Below, in pieces: positions 17,457-25,832 of a stretch of 46,975 nucleotides of DNA. Origin of the DNA: Miltoncostaeaceae bacterium. GTDB lineage: Bacteria; Actinomycetota; Thermoleophilia; Miltoncostaeales; Miltoncostaeaceae. The notes under the pieces were generated by a model. That model was not told where the DNA came from. It did not search any database and saw only the letters and a program-made list of their open reading frames with translations. How positions within the stretch are numbered: the first letter of the stretch is position 1; each line of letters opens with the position of its first letter. The position numbers and the translations under genes are program-made. Location: contig JBKKDD010000090.1 in the NCBI GenBank assembly GCA_046708705.1, forward strand, positions 1 to 46,975, written 5' to 3'.

Positions 17457-18595
17457 AGTCCGATCTCCTTCGAGATGATGAGCTGCTGGATCTCGCTCGT
17501 CCCCTCGGTGATGGAGGCGAGCTTAGCGTCGCGGTAGTAGCGCTCGACCGGGTACTCGACGATGTAGCCGTAGCCGCCGTGGATCTGAACGGCCTCACGG
17601 GTGACCTCGTCGGCGACCTCGGCCGAGAAGTACTTGGCCATCGAGGCCTCCTTCACACACGGCTGGCCGGTCGAATACAGCCACGCCGCCTTGTAGGCGA
17701 GGGCCTTGGCGGCGGCGATCTTGGTGGCCATGGTGGCGAGCTTGAACCGAATGTGCTGGTGCTTGGACAGCGGCTTTCCGAAGGTCTCGCGCTCGGTCGC
17801 GTACTTGCGTGCGGCCTCGTACGCCGCCTCGGCGATCGCTGCGGACTTGACCCCGTGGCTGACGCGCCCGGTGATCAGCGCCGACATGAGCGCACCGAAA
17901 GAGCCCTCAGCCCCGCCGAGAAGCGCCTCGTCGGGCACCTCGCAGTCCTCGAAGACCAGCTCGGCGGTGTCGGAGGAGCGGTGGCCCATCTTTTCGAGCT
18001 TGCGCGTGACCTCGAAGCCGGGAGTGTCGCGGTCGACAATGAACACGCTGATGCCCTCGCCGCGCTTGGTCTTGTCGGTGTAGGCGGCGACCAGGCAGTA
18101 GTCGCAGATCGTGCCGTTGGTGATGAAGTTCTTGCGGCCGTTGATCTTGTAACCGTTCGGGGTCTTCTCCGCACGGCTCAGAAGGCCAGCCGCGTCCGAG
18201 CCGGTTCCGGGCTCTGTGATCGCATACGCCCCGATGATCTCTCCGGCGATCGAGCGCGGCAGATACTGCTCACGCTGCGCCTCGGTGCCGAACTTGTAGA
18301 TCGGGAAGGCCGACAGATCCGCATGTGCGTTGACCGACGCGGTGATGCCGGCGCACACCTTCGCCATCTCCTCCACAAAGATGCACTCGGTGATCTTGTC
18401 GGCGCCGATTCCGCCGTATTCCTCCGGAAAGACGATGCCGAGGAGCCCCAGCTCTCCGAGCAGCGGCATGATTTCGACGGGGAACTTCTCGTGGCGCTCC
18501 GCCTCCTCGACCAGTGGCAGCACCTCGGCCTGAGCGAACTCCCGCACCATCTGGCGCAAGTCTTCTTGTTCCTCCGTAAAGGCGTAGCTGAGCAA
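17453..18595 (-). CDS. Acyl-CoA dehydrogenase
   Basis: 380 aa with typical ACAD motifs (GAYAITEPGTGSDAA, QIHGGYGY, ITEGTSEIQ). TTG start with AGGGGGG RBS. Confidence 0.9.
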   Translation of the reverse strand: MLSYAFTEEQEDLRQMVREFAQAEVLPLVEEAERHEKFPVEIMPLLGELGLLGIVFPEEYGGIGADKITECIFVEEMAKVCAGITASVNAHADLSAFPIYKFGTEAQREQYLPRSIAGEIIGAYAITEPGTGSDAAGLLSRAEKTPNGYKINGRKNFITNGTICDYCLVAAYTDKTKRGEGISVFIVDRDTPGFEVTRKLEKMGHRSSDTAELVFEDCEVPDEALLGGAEGSFGALMSALITGRVSHGVKSAAIAEAAYEAARKYATERETFGKPLSKHQHIRFKLATMATKIAAAKALAYKAAWLYSTGQPCVKEASMAKYFSAEVADEVTREAVQIHGGYGYIVEYPVERYYRDAKLASITEGTSEIQQLIISKEIGL

Positions 18596-18674
18596 CGCGG
18601 ACCCCCCTGGGCGGTATGAGCCGATCTGTGTCGCGTGAGTCTAACGACGCGCCTTGAGCGGATAGGCTCCAGAT

Positions 18675-19436
18675 ATGGTCGATCCTCTTCGTCTCGACGG
18701 GCGAGTTGTCATCGTCACCGGGGCATCCCGGGGCATCGGCGCGGCGGTCGCACGTCTGTGCGCCGGTCTCGGCGCGCACGTGGTGGGGGTAGCCAGGTCC
18801 GAGGAAGCCCTGCACGGGGTCCTCACCGAGTTGCCGACCGAATCGCGTGCCGTCGCGGGCGACGTCGCCGACCCGGCGATCGCCGAGCGCTCCGTCGCGA
18901 GCGCGGGTGAGCTCGGCCAGCTCTGGGGTCTCGTCAACAACGCCGGCATCGGGTCCGCCTACGCGCCGGTGATTGAGACGTCGCTCGCGGACTGGGATGT
19001 GGTCCTTCGCGTCAACCTGATCGGCGCGGCGGGGTTCGCACGGGCCGCTGGAGCGGCGATGGTCGCTGGCGGCGGCGGCGGGCGTATCGTCAACGTCAGC
19101 TCGATCGCCGGGCTCACAGGATTGCCCAACATCGGTCCCTACAACGCGGCCAAGGCCGCCATGGACGCATTGACGCGGACGATGGCGGTCGAGCTCGGCC
19201 CTGCGAACGTCTGTTGCAACTCGGTCGCGCCGGGGACGATCGCAACGGAGATGGTCGACGCGCTGCTCACGGCGAACCCTGCGCTCAAGGAGCGGTTCGT
19301 GACCAAGACCCCGCTCGGGCGGGTTGGCATGACCGACGAGGCGGCCTGGCCCATCGTGTTCCTACTGAGCGACGCCGCGGCCTTCGTAAACGGTCAGACG
19401 ATCGTCGTCGACGGCGGGCGCCTGGCCGCCGGGTAG
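18675..19436 (+). CDS. Short-chain dehydrogenase/reductase (SDR)
   Basis: VIVTGASRGIG, NNAG, YNAAKAA motifs. Confidence 0.85.
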   Translation: MVDPLRLDGRVVIVTGASRGIGAAVARLCAGLGAHVVGVARSEEALHGVLTELPTESRAVAGDVADPAIAERSVASAGELGQLWGLVNNAGIGSAYAPVIETSLADWDVVLRVNLIGAAGFARAAGAAMVAGGGGGRIVNVSSIAGLTGLPNIGPYNAAKAAMDALTRTMAVELGPANVCCNSVAPGTIATEMVDALLTANPALKERFVTKTPLGRVGMTDEAAWPIVFLLSDAAAFVNGQTIVVDGGRLAAG

Positions 19437-19441
19437 CGCCC

Positions 19442-20926
19442 GTGCGCGTTGTGATCGCCGGTGCCGGCACAGCCGGGTGCGTGTTGGCTGCGCGCCTGAG
19501 CGCCGATCCCGCCGTCGAGGTCGTGCTATTGGAGGCCGGGCCGCACTACCGGGCCGGGTCCTGGCCGGCGGCGCTGTCGCATTCGCATCGGGTCATCCGG
19601 GAGACCCACGATTGGGGCTATCACGCCCAGGCCGGGGCGTCGCCGCGGCTGGTGCACGTGCCGCGCGGACGGGTGGTCGGAGGGTCGTCGATCACCAACG
19701 GCGCGATCGCGCTGCGCGGACGCCCTGAGCACTATGACGAGTGGGACGCTTACGTCGACGGGTTCGGCTGGGACACCTGGCTGCCATGGTTTCGCGCAAT
19801 CGAGCGCGATCTACAATTTCCGGAAACGCCATGGCACGGCGACGCTGGCCCGATCCCGATCAGCCGGTATCCGCGGGAGCGGTGGTTTGCCCTGATGGAG
19901 CGCTTCGCCGAGGCGGCATTCGCGCGCGGACACGTCTGGATTGAGGACCACAATCAGCCGGGGGTGGTCGGGATCGGCCCCACGCCGTTCAACATGATCG
20001 ACGGCGTGCGTCAAACCCCTGCCGACCACTACCTGGATCCGGCGCTCGGGCGTCAGAACCTGACGCTCGTGTCCGGGGTCACCGTCGATCGGATTCTCAT
20101 GAGCGGATCGGCGGCGGTCTGCGTCGAGGCGATCGACGAGGCTACGGATGCCCGCCAACGCTACGAAGCCGACGAGGTGCTCATCACGCTCGGCACCTAC
20201 GCGAGCCCCGCATGCCTTTTACGCTCGGGGATCGGACCACCCGAGGAGATCGTCTCGCACGGCATCGACCTGCGGCATGAGCTTCCGGGGGTGGGGCGGG
20301 GGATGCAGGATCACCCCAAGATCGGATACCGGTTCTGGATCGACACGGACGCACCGCCCTGGCCGAACCCGTGGATCCAGGCGCTTCTGACCGCCAATGC
20401 CGAGGTGGCGGGCGAACCCCGCGCCTACCAGGTGATGCCCTACTCGGGCACCGTCGAGGCCGGTCACCGTTTCACCGACCTGAACGTCCAAGTGGCCGAC
20501 GCGCGCGGACGACGCGGCAGCGTCACCATTCAGGGTCGCGACCCCCGACTTCAGCCGGTGCTGCGGATGGGATGGCTCGAGGCCGACGGCGATCGTGACG
20601 TGGCGGTGGCGGCGGGGCGTGAGGTGATGGCGCTCGCCCGGACGAAACCGTTGGCCGACGTGCTGCACCCCTGGCCGAACCAGGACGATCCGGATCAGCC
20701 GCTTCGCACCGTCGAGACCTTCCACCATCCGGTGGGGACATGCCGCATGGGCCGGGCGGACGATCCGACGGCGGTCGTCGATGCATCCGGCCGGGTGATC
20801 GGGCTTGACGGCCTCTCGGTGATCGATGCGTCGATCATCCCGCGGATCCCCTCCGCGAACACGCATCTGTGCGTCATCGCGCTGGCCGAACGTCTTGCCG
20901 CGAGGAGGCGGGCGGATCGCCACTGA
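19442..20926 (+). CDS. GMC-family FAD oxidoreductase (choline dehydrogenase-like)
   Basis: GTG 19442 gives VRVVIAGAGTAGCVLAARLS. C-terminal HPVGTCRMG and IPRIPSANTH motifs. The upstream part of ORF 19214.. overlaps the SDR gene and is not coding. Confidence 0.85.
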   Translation: MRVVIAGAGTAGCVLAARLSADPAVEVVLLEAGPHYRAGSWPAALSHSHRVIRETHDWGYHAQAGASPRLVHVPRGRVVGGSSITNGAIALRGRPEHYDEWDAYVDGFGWDTWLPWFRAIERDLQFPETPWHGDAGPIPISRYPRERWFALMERFAEAAFARGHVWIEDHNQPGVVGIGPTPFNMIDGVRQTPADHYLDPALGRQNLTLVSGVTVDRILMSGSAAVCVEAIDEATDARQRYEADEVLITLGTYASPACLLRSGIGPPEEIVSHGIDLRHELPGVGRGMQDHPKIGYRFWIDTDAPPWPNPWIQALLTANAEVAGEPRAYQVMPYSGTVEAGHRFTDLNVQVADARGRRGSVTIQGRDPRLQPVLRMGWLEADGDRDVAVAAGREVMALARTKPLADVLHPWPNQDDPDQPLRTVETFHHPVGTCRMGRADDPTAVVDASGRVIGLDGLSVIDASIIPRIPSANTHLCVIALAERLAARRRADRH

Positions 20927-21064
20927 GTCCGCTGGAGACCCACACCAAAACCGACATAAGTCTGTTTTGCGTGCGCAGACGGCGGCGGAGCGACCTCGCC
21001 TCGGTTTTCCGTACACGGTCTGTAGTAGCCTCGCGATGTGGCGCTTGTCGCCACGATATGCCAA

Positions 21065-21156
21065 CCGCTGGGGGTGCCGTACATCGGCTGAGAGCCCCGC
21101 CCGTGACCGGGGCGACCCCAGAACCTGATCTCGGTAATGCGAGCGGAGGGAAGCGG
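21065..21156 (+). promoter_or_regulatory. TPP (THI-box) riboswitch
   Basis: CUGGGGGUGCC...GGCUGAGAG...ACCCCAGAACCUGAUCUCGGUAAUGCGAGCGGAGGGAAGCGG matches the THI element. P1 pairs CCGCU (21065..21069) with AGCGG (21152..21156). The SD GGAGGGA lies in the 3' part of the aptamer, just before ATG 21158. Confidence 0.85.
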
Positions 21157-21157
21157 A

Positions 21158-21457
21158 ATGATCGTCGAGATCCAAGTGTTGCCGACCCCGGCAGGAAACG
21201 ACACCGATCACTGGGCGCACGTCGACGCCGCGATCGGCGTCGTCGCGCAGAGCGGTCTGATGTATGAGGTCGGCCCGCTCGGCACGACCTTTGAAGGCGA
21301 TGCCGATCTGGTGTGGGACACCGTCCGACGCGCCCACGAGGCTGCGCTCGCGCACGGCGTCGCACAGGTCGTCACCGTGGTCAAACTCCTGGAGTCGCAC
21401 GACGGGAGCCCGACCATGGACGCGCTCACCGCCGCCCACCGTCCGACCGCCGATTGA
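21158..21457 (+). CDS. MTH1187/YkoF-family thiamine(-precursor)-binding protein
   Basis: MIVEIQVLPTP...HVDAAIGVVAQSGLMYEVGPLGTTFEGD is typical of DUF77/YkoF. Immediately downstream of the TPP riboswitch. The earlier ATG 21137 lies inside the aptamer. Confidence 0.75.
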   Translation: MIVEIQVLPTPAGNDTDHWAHVDAAIGVVAQSGLMYEVGPLGTTFEGDADLVWDTVRRAHEAALAHGVAQVVTVVKLLESHDGSPTMDALTAAHRPTAD

Positions 21458-21462
21458 GCACG

Positions 21463-22245
21463 ATGACCGCCGCTCGCTCCCTCCTGGTCCGCGCGCTCCC
21501 GCCACTTGCGCTCCTCGCCGCGCTCATTGGGGTCTGGGAGGTCTGGGTGCGTCTCGCAGACATCGACCCGGCGGTGCTCGCGCCGCCGAGTCGCGTCGCC
21601 GGCGCGCTCGTCGACACCGCCGACATTCTCGCCGGACACGCGGGGACGACCCTGGCCGAGACCGCCATCGGCCTTCTCATCGGAACGTTCGTCGGTCTCG
21701 GCGCCGCGGTGCTCGTCGCGCTGTGGCCGATCGCGCGACGTGCCGTGGAGCCGCTTTTGGTCGTCCTCCAGACGATTCCACCCGTCGTGCTTGCACCCAT
21801 CCTCGTCTTGGCATTGGGCTTCGGATGGGCGCCGCGAATCGTCGTCGTCGTTCTGATCGTGTTCTTCCCGGTTGCCATCGCCGCATCCGGAGCGTTTTTG
21901 ACGGTCGACCGAGATCGGGTCGACCTTGTCTGCGCGTTCGGCGGGACCCGCTCCGACGTGCTTCGCCATGTGACGCTCCCCGCGGCGCTTCCCGCCGTGT
22001 TCGACGGGATCCGTATCAGCGCCGCCTACGCGGTCGCGGGCGCCGCGATCGCCGAGCAGATCGGTGGCGCCAGGTCGGGACTCGGCCTGTACATCGTGCG
22101 CTCCCAGCGGAGCTTTCGCACCGATCAGGTCATCGCAGGCGTCGTCGTCATCGCCGTGCTGTCCCTCGCCGTCTATGCCCTGGTCACCGTCGTCGCCCGA
22201 CACGCGACGCCGTGGCTCGTCCACACGACAAGGAAGGCCTCATGA
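21463..22245 (+). CDS. ABC transporter permease (NitT/TauT family, ThiX-like)
   Basis: MTAARSLLVRALPPLALLAALIGVWEVW, six-TM profile, in the riboswitch-controlled operon. Confidence 0.8.
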   Translation: MTAARSLLVRALPPLALLAALIGVWEVWVRLADIDPAVLAPPSRVAGALVDTADILAGHAGTTLAETAIGLLIGTFVGLGAAVLVALWPIARRAVEPLLVVLQTIPPVVLAPILVLALGFGWAPRIVVVVLIVFFPVAIAASGAFLTVDRDRVDLVCAFGGTRSDVLRHVTLPAALPAVFDGIRISAAYAVAGAAIAEQIGGARSGLGLYIVRSQRSFRTDQVIAGVVVIAVLSLAVYALVTVVARHATPWLVHTTRKAS

Positions 22246-23264
22246 AATCCCACCGTGCACGCGCTCGTCTGATCATTGCGACCCTCGTAGCACTCACGGG
22301 CGTAGGCATCGGTGCAATCGGATGCGGCGGTGACGACACCGGGACATTCGCGGCCCAGAAAGTCACAGTAGTCCTGGACTGGACCCCCAACACCAACCAC
22401 GCCGGCGTCTACCTTGCGCGCGCGCAAGGAATGTACGAGCGTGCCGGTCTCGACGTCGAGATTATCGAGCCGGGTCAGGACGGGAGCATCGCGCCGGTGA
22501 TGGCAGGCAGGGCGCAGATCGCGTTCTCCTACGCCGAGCAGGTTCTGCCGCTTCGTGCGCAAGGCACGCCGGTCGTCTCACTCGCGACCGTTCTGCGTAC
22601 GAACACGTCATCGCTGATGTCTCCCACCGATCGGCGCATCACCCGCCCGCGCGATCTCGCGGGCATGACCTACGGCACCTTCGGCGGACCGATCGAGGAA
22701 CCCCTGATCAAGGCGCTCGTCGCCTGCGACGGCGGCGATCCCGACCGCGTCAGGTTCGTCGAGGTGGGGAACGCCGACTACAACATCGGGTTTCGCAAGC
22801 GCGCCTACGACGCAGTATGGGTCTTCGACGGGTGGGATGTCATCCGGCTGCGCGAGCTCGCAAAAACGCCTGTCACCACGATCCCGTTCCGCGACCACCT
22901 GGACTGCATCCCCGACTGGTACACCCCGGTGATCACAACTAGCGAGGCCGTTCTGCGCGACCAGCCGCAACTCGTGCGCACGTTCCTCGCCGCGACCGCC
23001 GAGGGCTACCGCATGGCCGCGATCGACCCGCAAGCGGCCGCCGAGGCGCTCATCGCCGGTGCACCCGAATCCGACCGTGCGCTCGTCGAGCGTTCCGCAC
23101 GGTTCCTGGTCCCGTTCTACGCGACCGCTCCGGGCGCCTGGGGACGTCAGGATCCTGCCGTGTGGCGCAGGTTCGATGCTTTCCTTCGCACGGCGAAGAT
23201 CATCACCTCCCCCTCCCCCGTCGACGACGCGTTCACGAACGCATACCTGCCGCCGACGCAGTGA
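22242..23264 (+). CDS. ABC transporter substrate-binding lipoprotein (NMT1/THI5-like, ThiY-like)
   Basis: MKSHRARARLIIATLVALTGVGIGAIGCGGDD lipobox. LDWTPNTNHAGVYLA motif is typical of NMT1/ThiY-type binding proteins. ATGA overlap with the permease stop. Confidence 0.75.
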   Translation: MKSHRARARLIIATLVALTGVGIGAIGCGGDDTGTFAAQKVTVVLDWTPNTNHAGVYLARAQGMYERAGLDVEIIEPGQDGSIAPVMAGRAQIAFSYAEQVLPLRAQGTPVVSLATVLRTNTSSLMSPTDRRITRPRDLAGMTYGTFGGPIEEPLIKALVACDGGDPDRVRFVEVGNADYNIGFRKRAYDAVWVFDGWDVIRLRELAKTPVTTIPFRDHLDCIPDWYTPVITTSEAVLRDQPQLVRTFLAATAEGYRMAAIDPQAAAEALIAGAPESDRALVERSARFLVPFYATAPGAWGRQDPAVWRRFDAFLRTAKIITSPSPVDDAFTNAYLPPTQ

Positions 23265-24004
23265 CCGGCAGAGTTGCCGTGGCGAATCTGTGCCACGACT
23301 ACGGCGCCCTGCCGGTCCTCCGCGGCATCCGGTTCATGACCGACCCGGGCACGTTCACCGTGATCGTGGGCCCCACCGGGTGCGGCAAGTCGACGATCCT
23401 GCGCGTGCTCGCCGGCCTCGTCGTCCCGACATCGGGCACCGTCACCGTCGACGCACGTTCCGTGATCGGATCCCCGGGATCATGTGTCTACATGCCCCAA
23501 GGCGACACGTTGCTCCCCTGGCGCCGTGCCCGCGACAACGCGCTCCTCGGTGCCCGCATCGCAGGGCACGACATGACACGGGTCCACGAACGTGCAAATG
23601 AGTTGTTCACACGGTTCGGGTTGGCTGGGTTCGAGGACGCCTGGCCGTCGCAGCTGTCCGGGGGAATGCGCCAGCGTGTCGCCCTGCTGCGCACGGTCCT
23701 GGCCGCGCACCCGGTGGTGCTCTTGGACGAGCCATTCGCCGCGCTCGACGCGATCACTCGCGCCGACCTGCAAGGGTGGTTGTCCGATCTACTGGACGCC
23801 GCACCGCGCACCACCGTCCTGGTCACTCATGACATCGACGAGGCACTTCGGCTCGCCGACGAGATCATCGTCATGTCCGCCCGGCCCGGACGGATCATCG
23901 CCCACATCGGCGTGGATGTCCCACGCCCGCGTCCCGCGTTACAGATCACCAACCCGTATTTCACATCGATGAAACGTCGAATTCTGGGGTCCCTCGGGCA
24001 GTGA
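23261..24004 (+). CDS. ABC transporter ATP-binding protein (NitT/TauT family, ThiZ-like)
   Basis: GTG 23261 overlaps the previous stop. Walker A GPTGCGKST, signature LSGGMRQRVAL, Walker B VLLDEPF. Confidence 0.85.
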   Translation: MTGRVAVANLCHDYGALPVLRGIRFMTDPGTFTVIVGPTGCGKSTILRVLAGLVVPTSGTVTVDARSVIGSPGSCVYMPQGDTLLPWRRARDNALLGARIAGHDMTRVHERANELFTRFGLAGFEDAWPSQLSGGMRQRVALLRTVLAAHPVVLLDEPFAALDAITRADLQGWLSDLLDAAPRTTVLVTHDIDEALRLADEIIVMSARPGRIIAHIGVDVPRPRPALQITNPYFTSMKRRILGSLGQ

Positions 24005-24018
24005 GGACCCAGTAGTCT

Positions 24019-24447
24019 TTGGATGTGTCGTCTGTCGCATACTCATGGGAGTTCACGCTCCTTCGTCGACTTCCGGGAGCAGGAAAGGCCCGCGTCGCCG
24101 GACGACTGGTCATCCAGGCGGCAAGCGCTGCCGACGCCCGCCGCGAGGCGCTCACCGAGCTCGCGAAGCGCCGCGATCGTGACTCGCGCTGGTCGCTGGG
24201 TGTGCTCAAGCCCCTCACCCCGCAGGCGCCCGGGACGAACCTCTTTGCCGTGACGTTTGCCGTCTGGGAGGCCACCGACGACCGCTTCCTGCGTCGCGAC
24301 GTCCACACCAGCGAGGTGTGGGCCGAAGACGCGGGCGCGGCACGGCGCATCGCTCAGCAGGACATCCAGGCGACGGAACTCTACGATCCGTCGTGGCGTA
24401 TCCGCCAGGTCGTACGCGCTCCGCGGCGCAGGCGGAAGCGCAGCTGA
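24019..24447 (+). CDS. Hypothetical protein (142 aa) with an internal duplication and a basic tail
   Basis: No recognised family. Coding-like composition and tight packing between flanking genes. Two similar segments (RLVIQAASAADARREALTEL and SEVWAEDAGAARRIAQQDI). Confidence 0.45.
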   Translation: MDVSSVAYSWEFTLLRRLPGAGKARVAGRLVIQAASAADARREALTELAKRRDRDSRWSLGVLKPLTPQAPGTNLFAVTFAVWEATDDRFLRRDVHTSEVWAEDAGAARRIAQQDIQATELYDPSWRIRQVVRAPRRRRKRS

Positions 24448-25832
24448 GCGACCCGCTCACCTGCCCGCTCATCATCGGCGGGGTCCATGTGGACACCGCG
24501 CAGCACATGCCGGTGACTGCTCCGCGCGACGATCGTCACCTGGGGCAGGTCGCCGTCGCCGATACCGCCGCCGTCGATCGGGCCGTCCAGGCCGCTCGGG
24601 CGGCGCTCCCGGCCTGGGAGGCGACACCCCCTCTGGAGCGCGCAGCGGCCATCGGCCGCTATGCGCAGATCCTGGACGCCCAGACCGACATGCTGGCGGA
24701 CCTCGTCGCCGACGAGGTCGGCAAACCTCCCGCCGAGGCCCGCGCAGAGGTCGCCCGCGCCATCGAGGTCGTCCACCACTTCGCCGCCGAGGCCGCTCGG
24801 GTCGGCGCGACGCACCTCGCGGGCGACTCGCTCGTGACCGGAAGCACCGTACGACCTCGCCCCGTCGGCGTCGTCGCGGCCATCACTCCATGGAACTTCC
24901 CGGTCGCGTTGGTGTTGTGGAAGCTCGCGCCCGCGCTGGCCGCCGGTTGCACCCTGGTCGTCAAACCCGCCCAAGAGGCTCCGCTCGCCGCATGGACCCT
25001 CGTCTCACTGGCACAAGATGCCGGTCTGCCGCCGGGCGCCGTCAACGTCGTCACCGGCGACGGCCCGACGATCGGTGAGGCGCTCGCGACGCACCCGCTG
25101 GTCGCCAAGGTCGCGTTCACAGGATCGCGGCGGGTGGCCGAGCAGATCGCCGGGTGGGCATCGCCGCGACTCAAGTACCTGAGTTTGGAGCTCGGCGGAC
25201 ACGGCGCACTCGTCGTGTTGCCCGACGCCGACCTCGATACCGCCGTCGACGTGGCGATCGTCCAGGGATACGCCAACACCGGACAGGCCTGCTACTCCGT
25301 CAACCGCGTGCTCGTTCCACCCGCGCTCATGGCACCGTTCCTGGAGCGGTTTCGGACCCGGTTCGCCGACGTGCCTGCCGGGGTCATGGTCACCGAGCGC
25401 GGTAGGGAGCGACACCGCGCACTCTTGGAGGATGCGCATGCCGCCGGGGCACGTGTCGAGGGCGGCGGCATCGATGGACGCTGGGTGTCTGCGGCGCTCG
25501 TCACCGACGCCGGACCGGGGGTTCGTGTCGTGGATGAGGAATCCTTCACCCCCATCGTCACCGTCATGGAAGTCGCCGACACCAACGCCGCCGTGGCCGA
25601 GACCAACCGACCCGACTACGGCCTTGTCAACTATGTCTGCGGAGCGGATCTGCGGGGATGCCTCGAGACCGCCGGCCGCCTCGAGTCCGGAACAGTGGTC
25701 ATCAACGGCTGGCGTGTCGTCACCCCGCACGCTCCGTACGGCGGATGGCGTGGATCGGGATTGGGCACTGAGCTCGGCCGGGCCGGACTCGATGCCTTTT
25801 GCCGCTGGCAGCACCTGCGTGTGCTGCGCTAG
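24393..25832 (+). CDS. NAD(P)-dependent aldehyde dehydrogenase
   Basis: ITPWNFP, LELGGHG, NTGQACYSVNRVLV (catalytic Cys). Start is uncertain (GTG 24393, or CTG 24444 overlapping the previous stop). Confidence 0.8.
   Translation: MAYPPGRTRSAAQAEAQLSDPLTCPLIIGGVHVDTAQHMPVTAPRDDRHLGQVAVADTAAVDRAVQAARAALPAWEATPPLERAAAIGRYAQILDAQTDMLADLVADEVGKPPAEARAEVARAIEVVHHFAAEAARVGATHLAGDSLVTGSTVRPRPVGVVAAITPWNFPVALVLWKLAPALAAGCTLVVKPAQEAPLAAWTLVSLAQDAGLPPGAVNVVTGDGPTIGEALATHPLVAKVAFTGSRRVAEQIAGWASPRLKYLSLELGGHGALVVLPDADLDTAVDVAIVQGYANTGQACYSVNRVLVPPALMAPFLERFRTRFADVPAGVMVTERGRERHRALLEDAHAAGARVEGGGIDGRWVSAALVTDAGPGVRVVDEESFTPIVTVMEVADTNAAVAETNRPDYGLVNYVCGADLRGCLETAGRLESGTVVINGWRVVTPHAPYGGWRGSGLGTELGRAGLDAFCRWQHLRVLR

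Noticed and set aside
21137-21157. The earlier ATG (21137) given by the ORF track for the ykoF-like gene.
   Set aside because: It lies inside the conserved core of the TPP aptamer (GGUAAUGCGAGCG). ATG 21158 has the SD and gives the family-typical MIVEIQVLP N-terminus.
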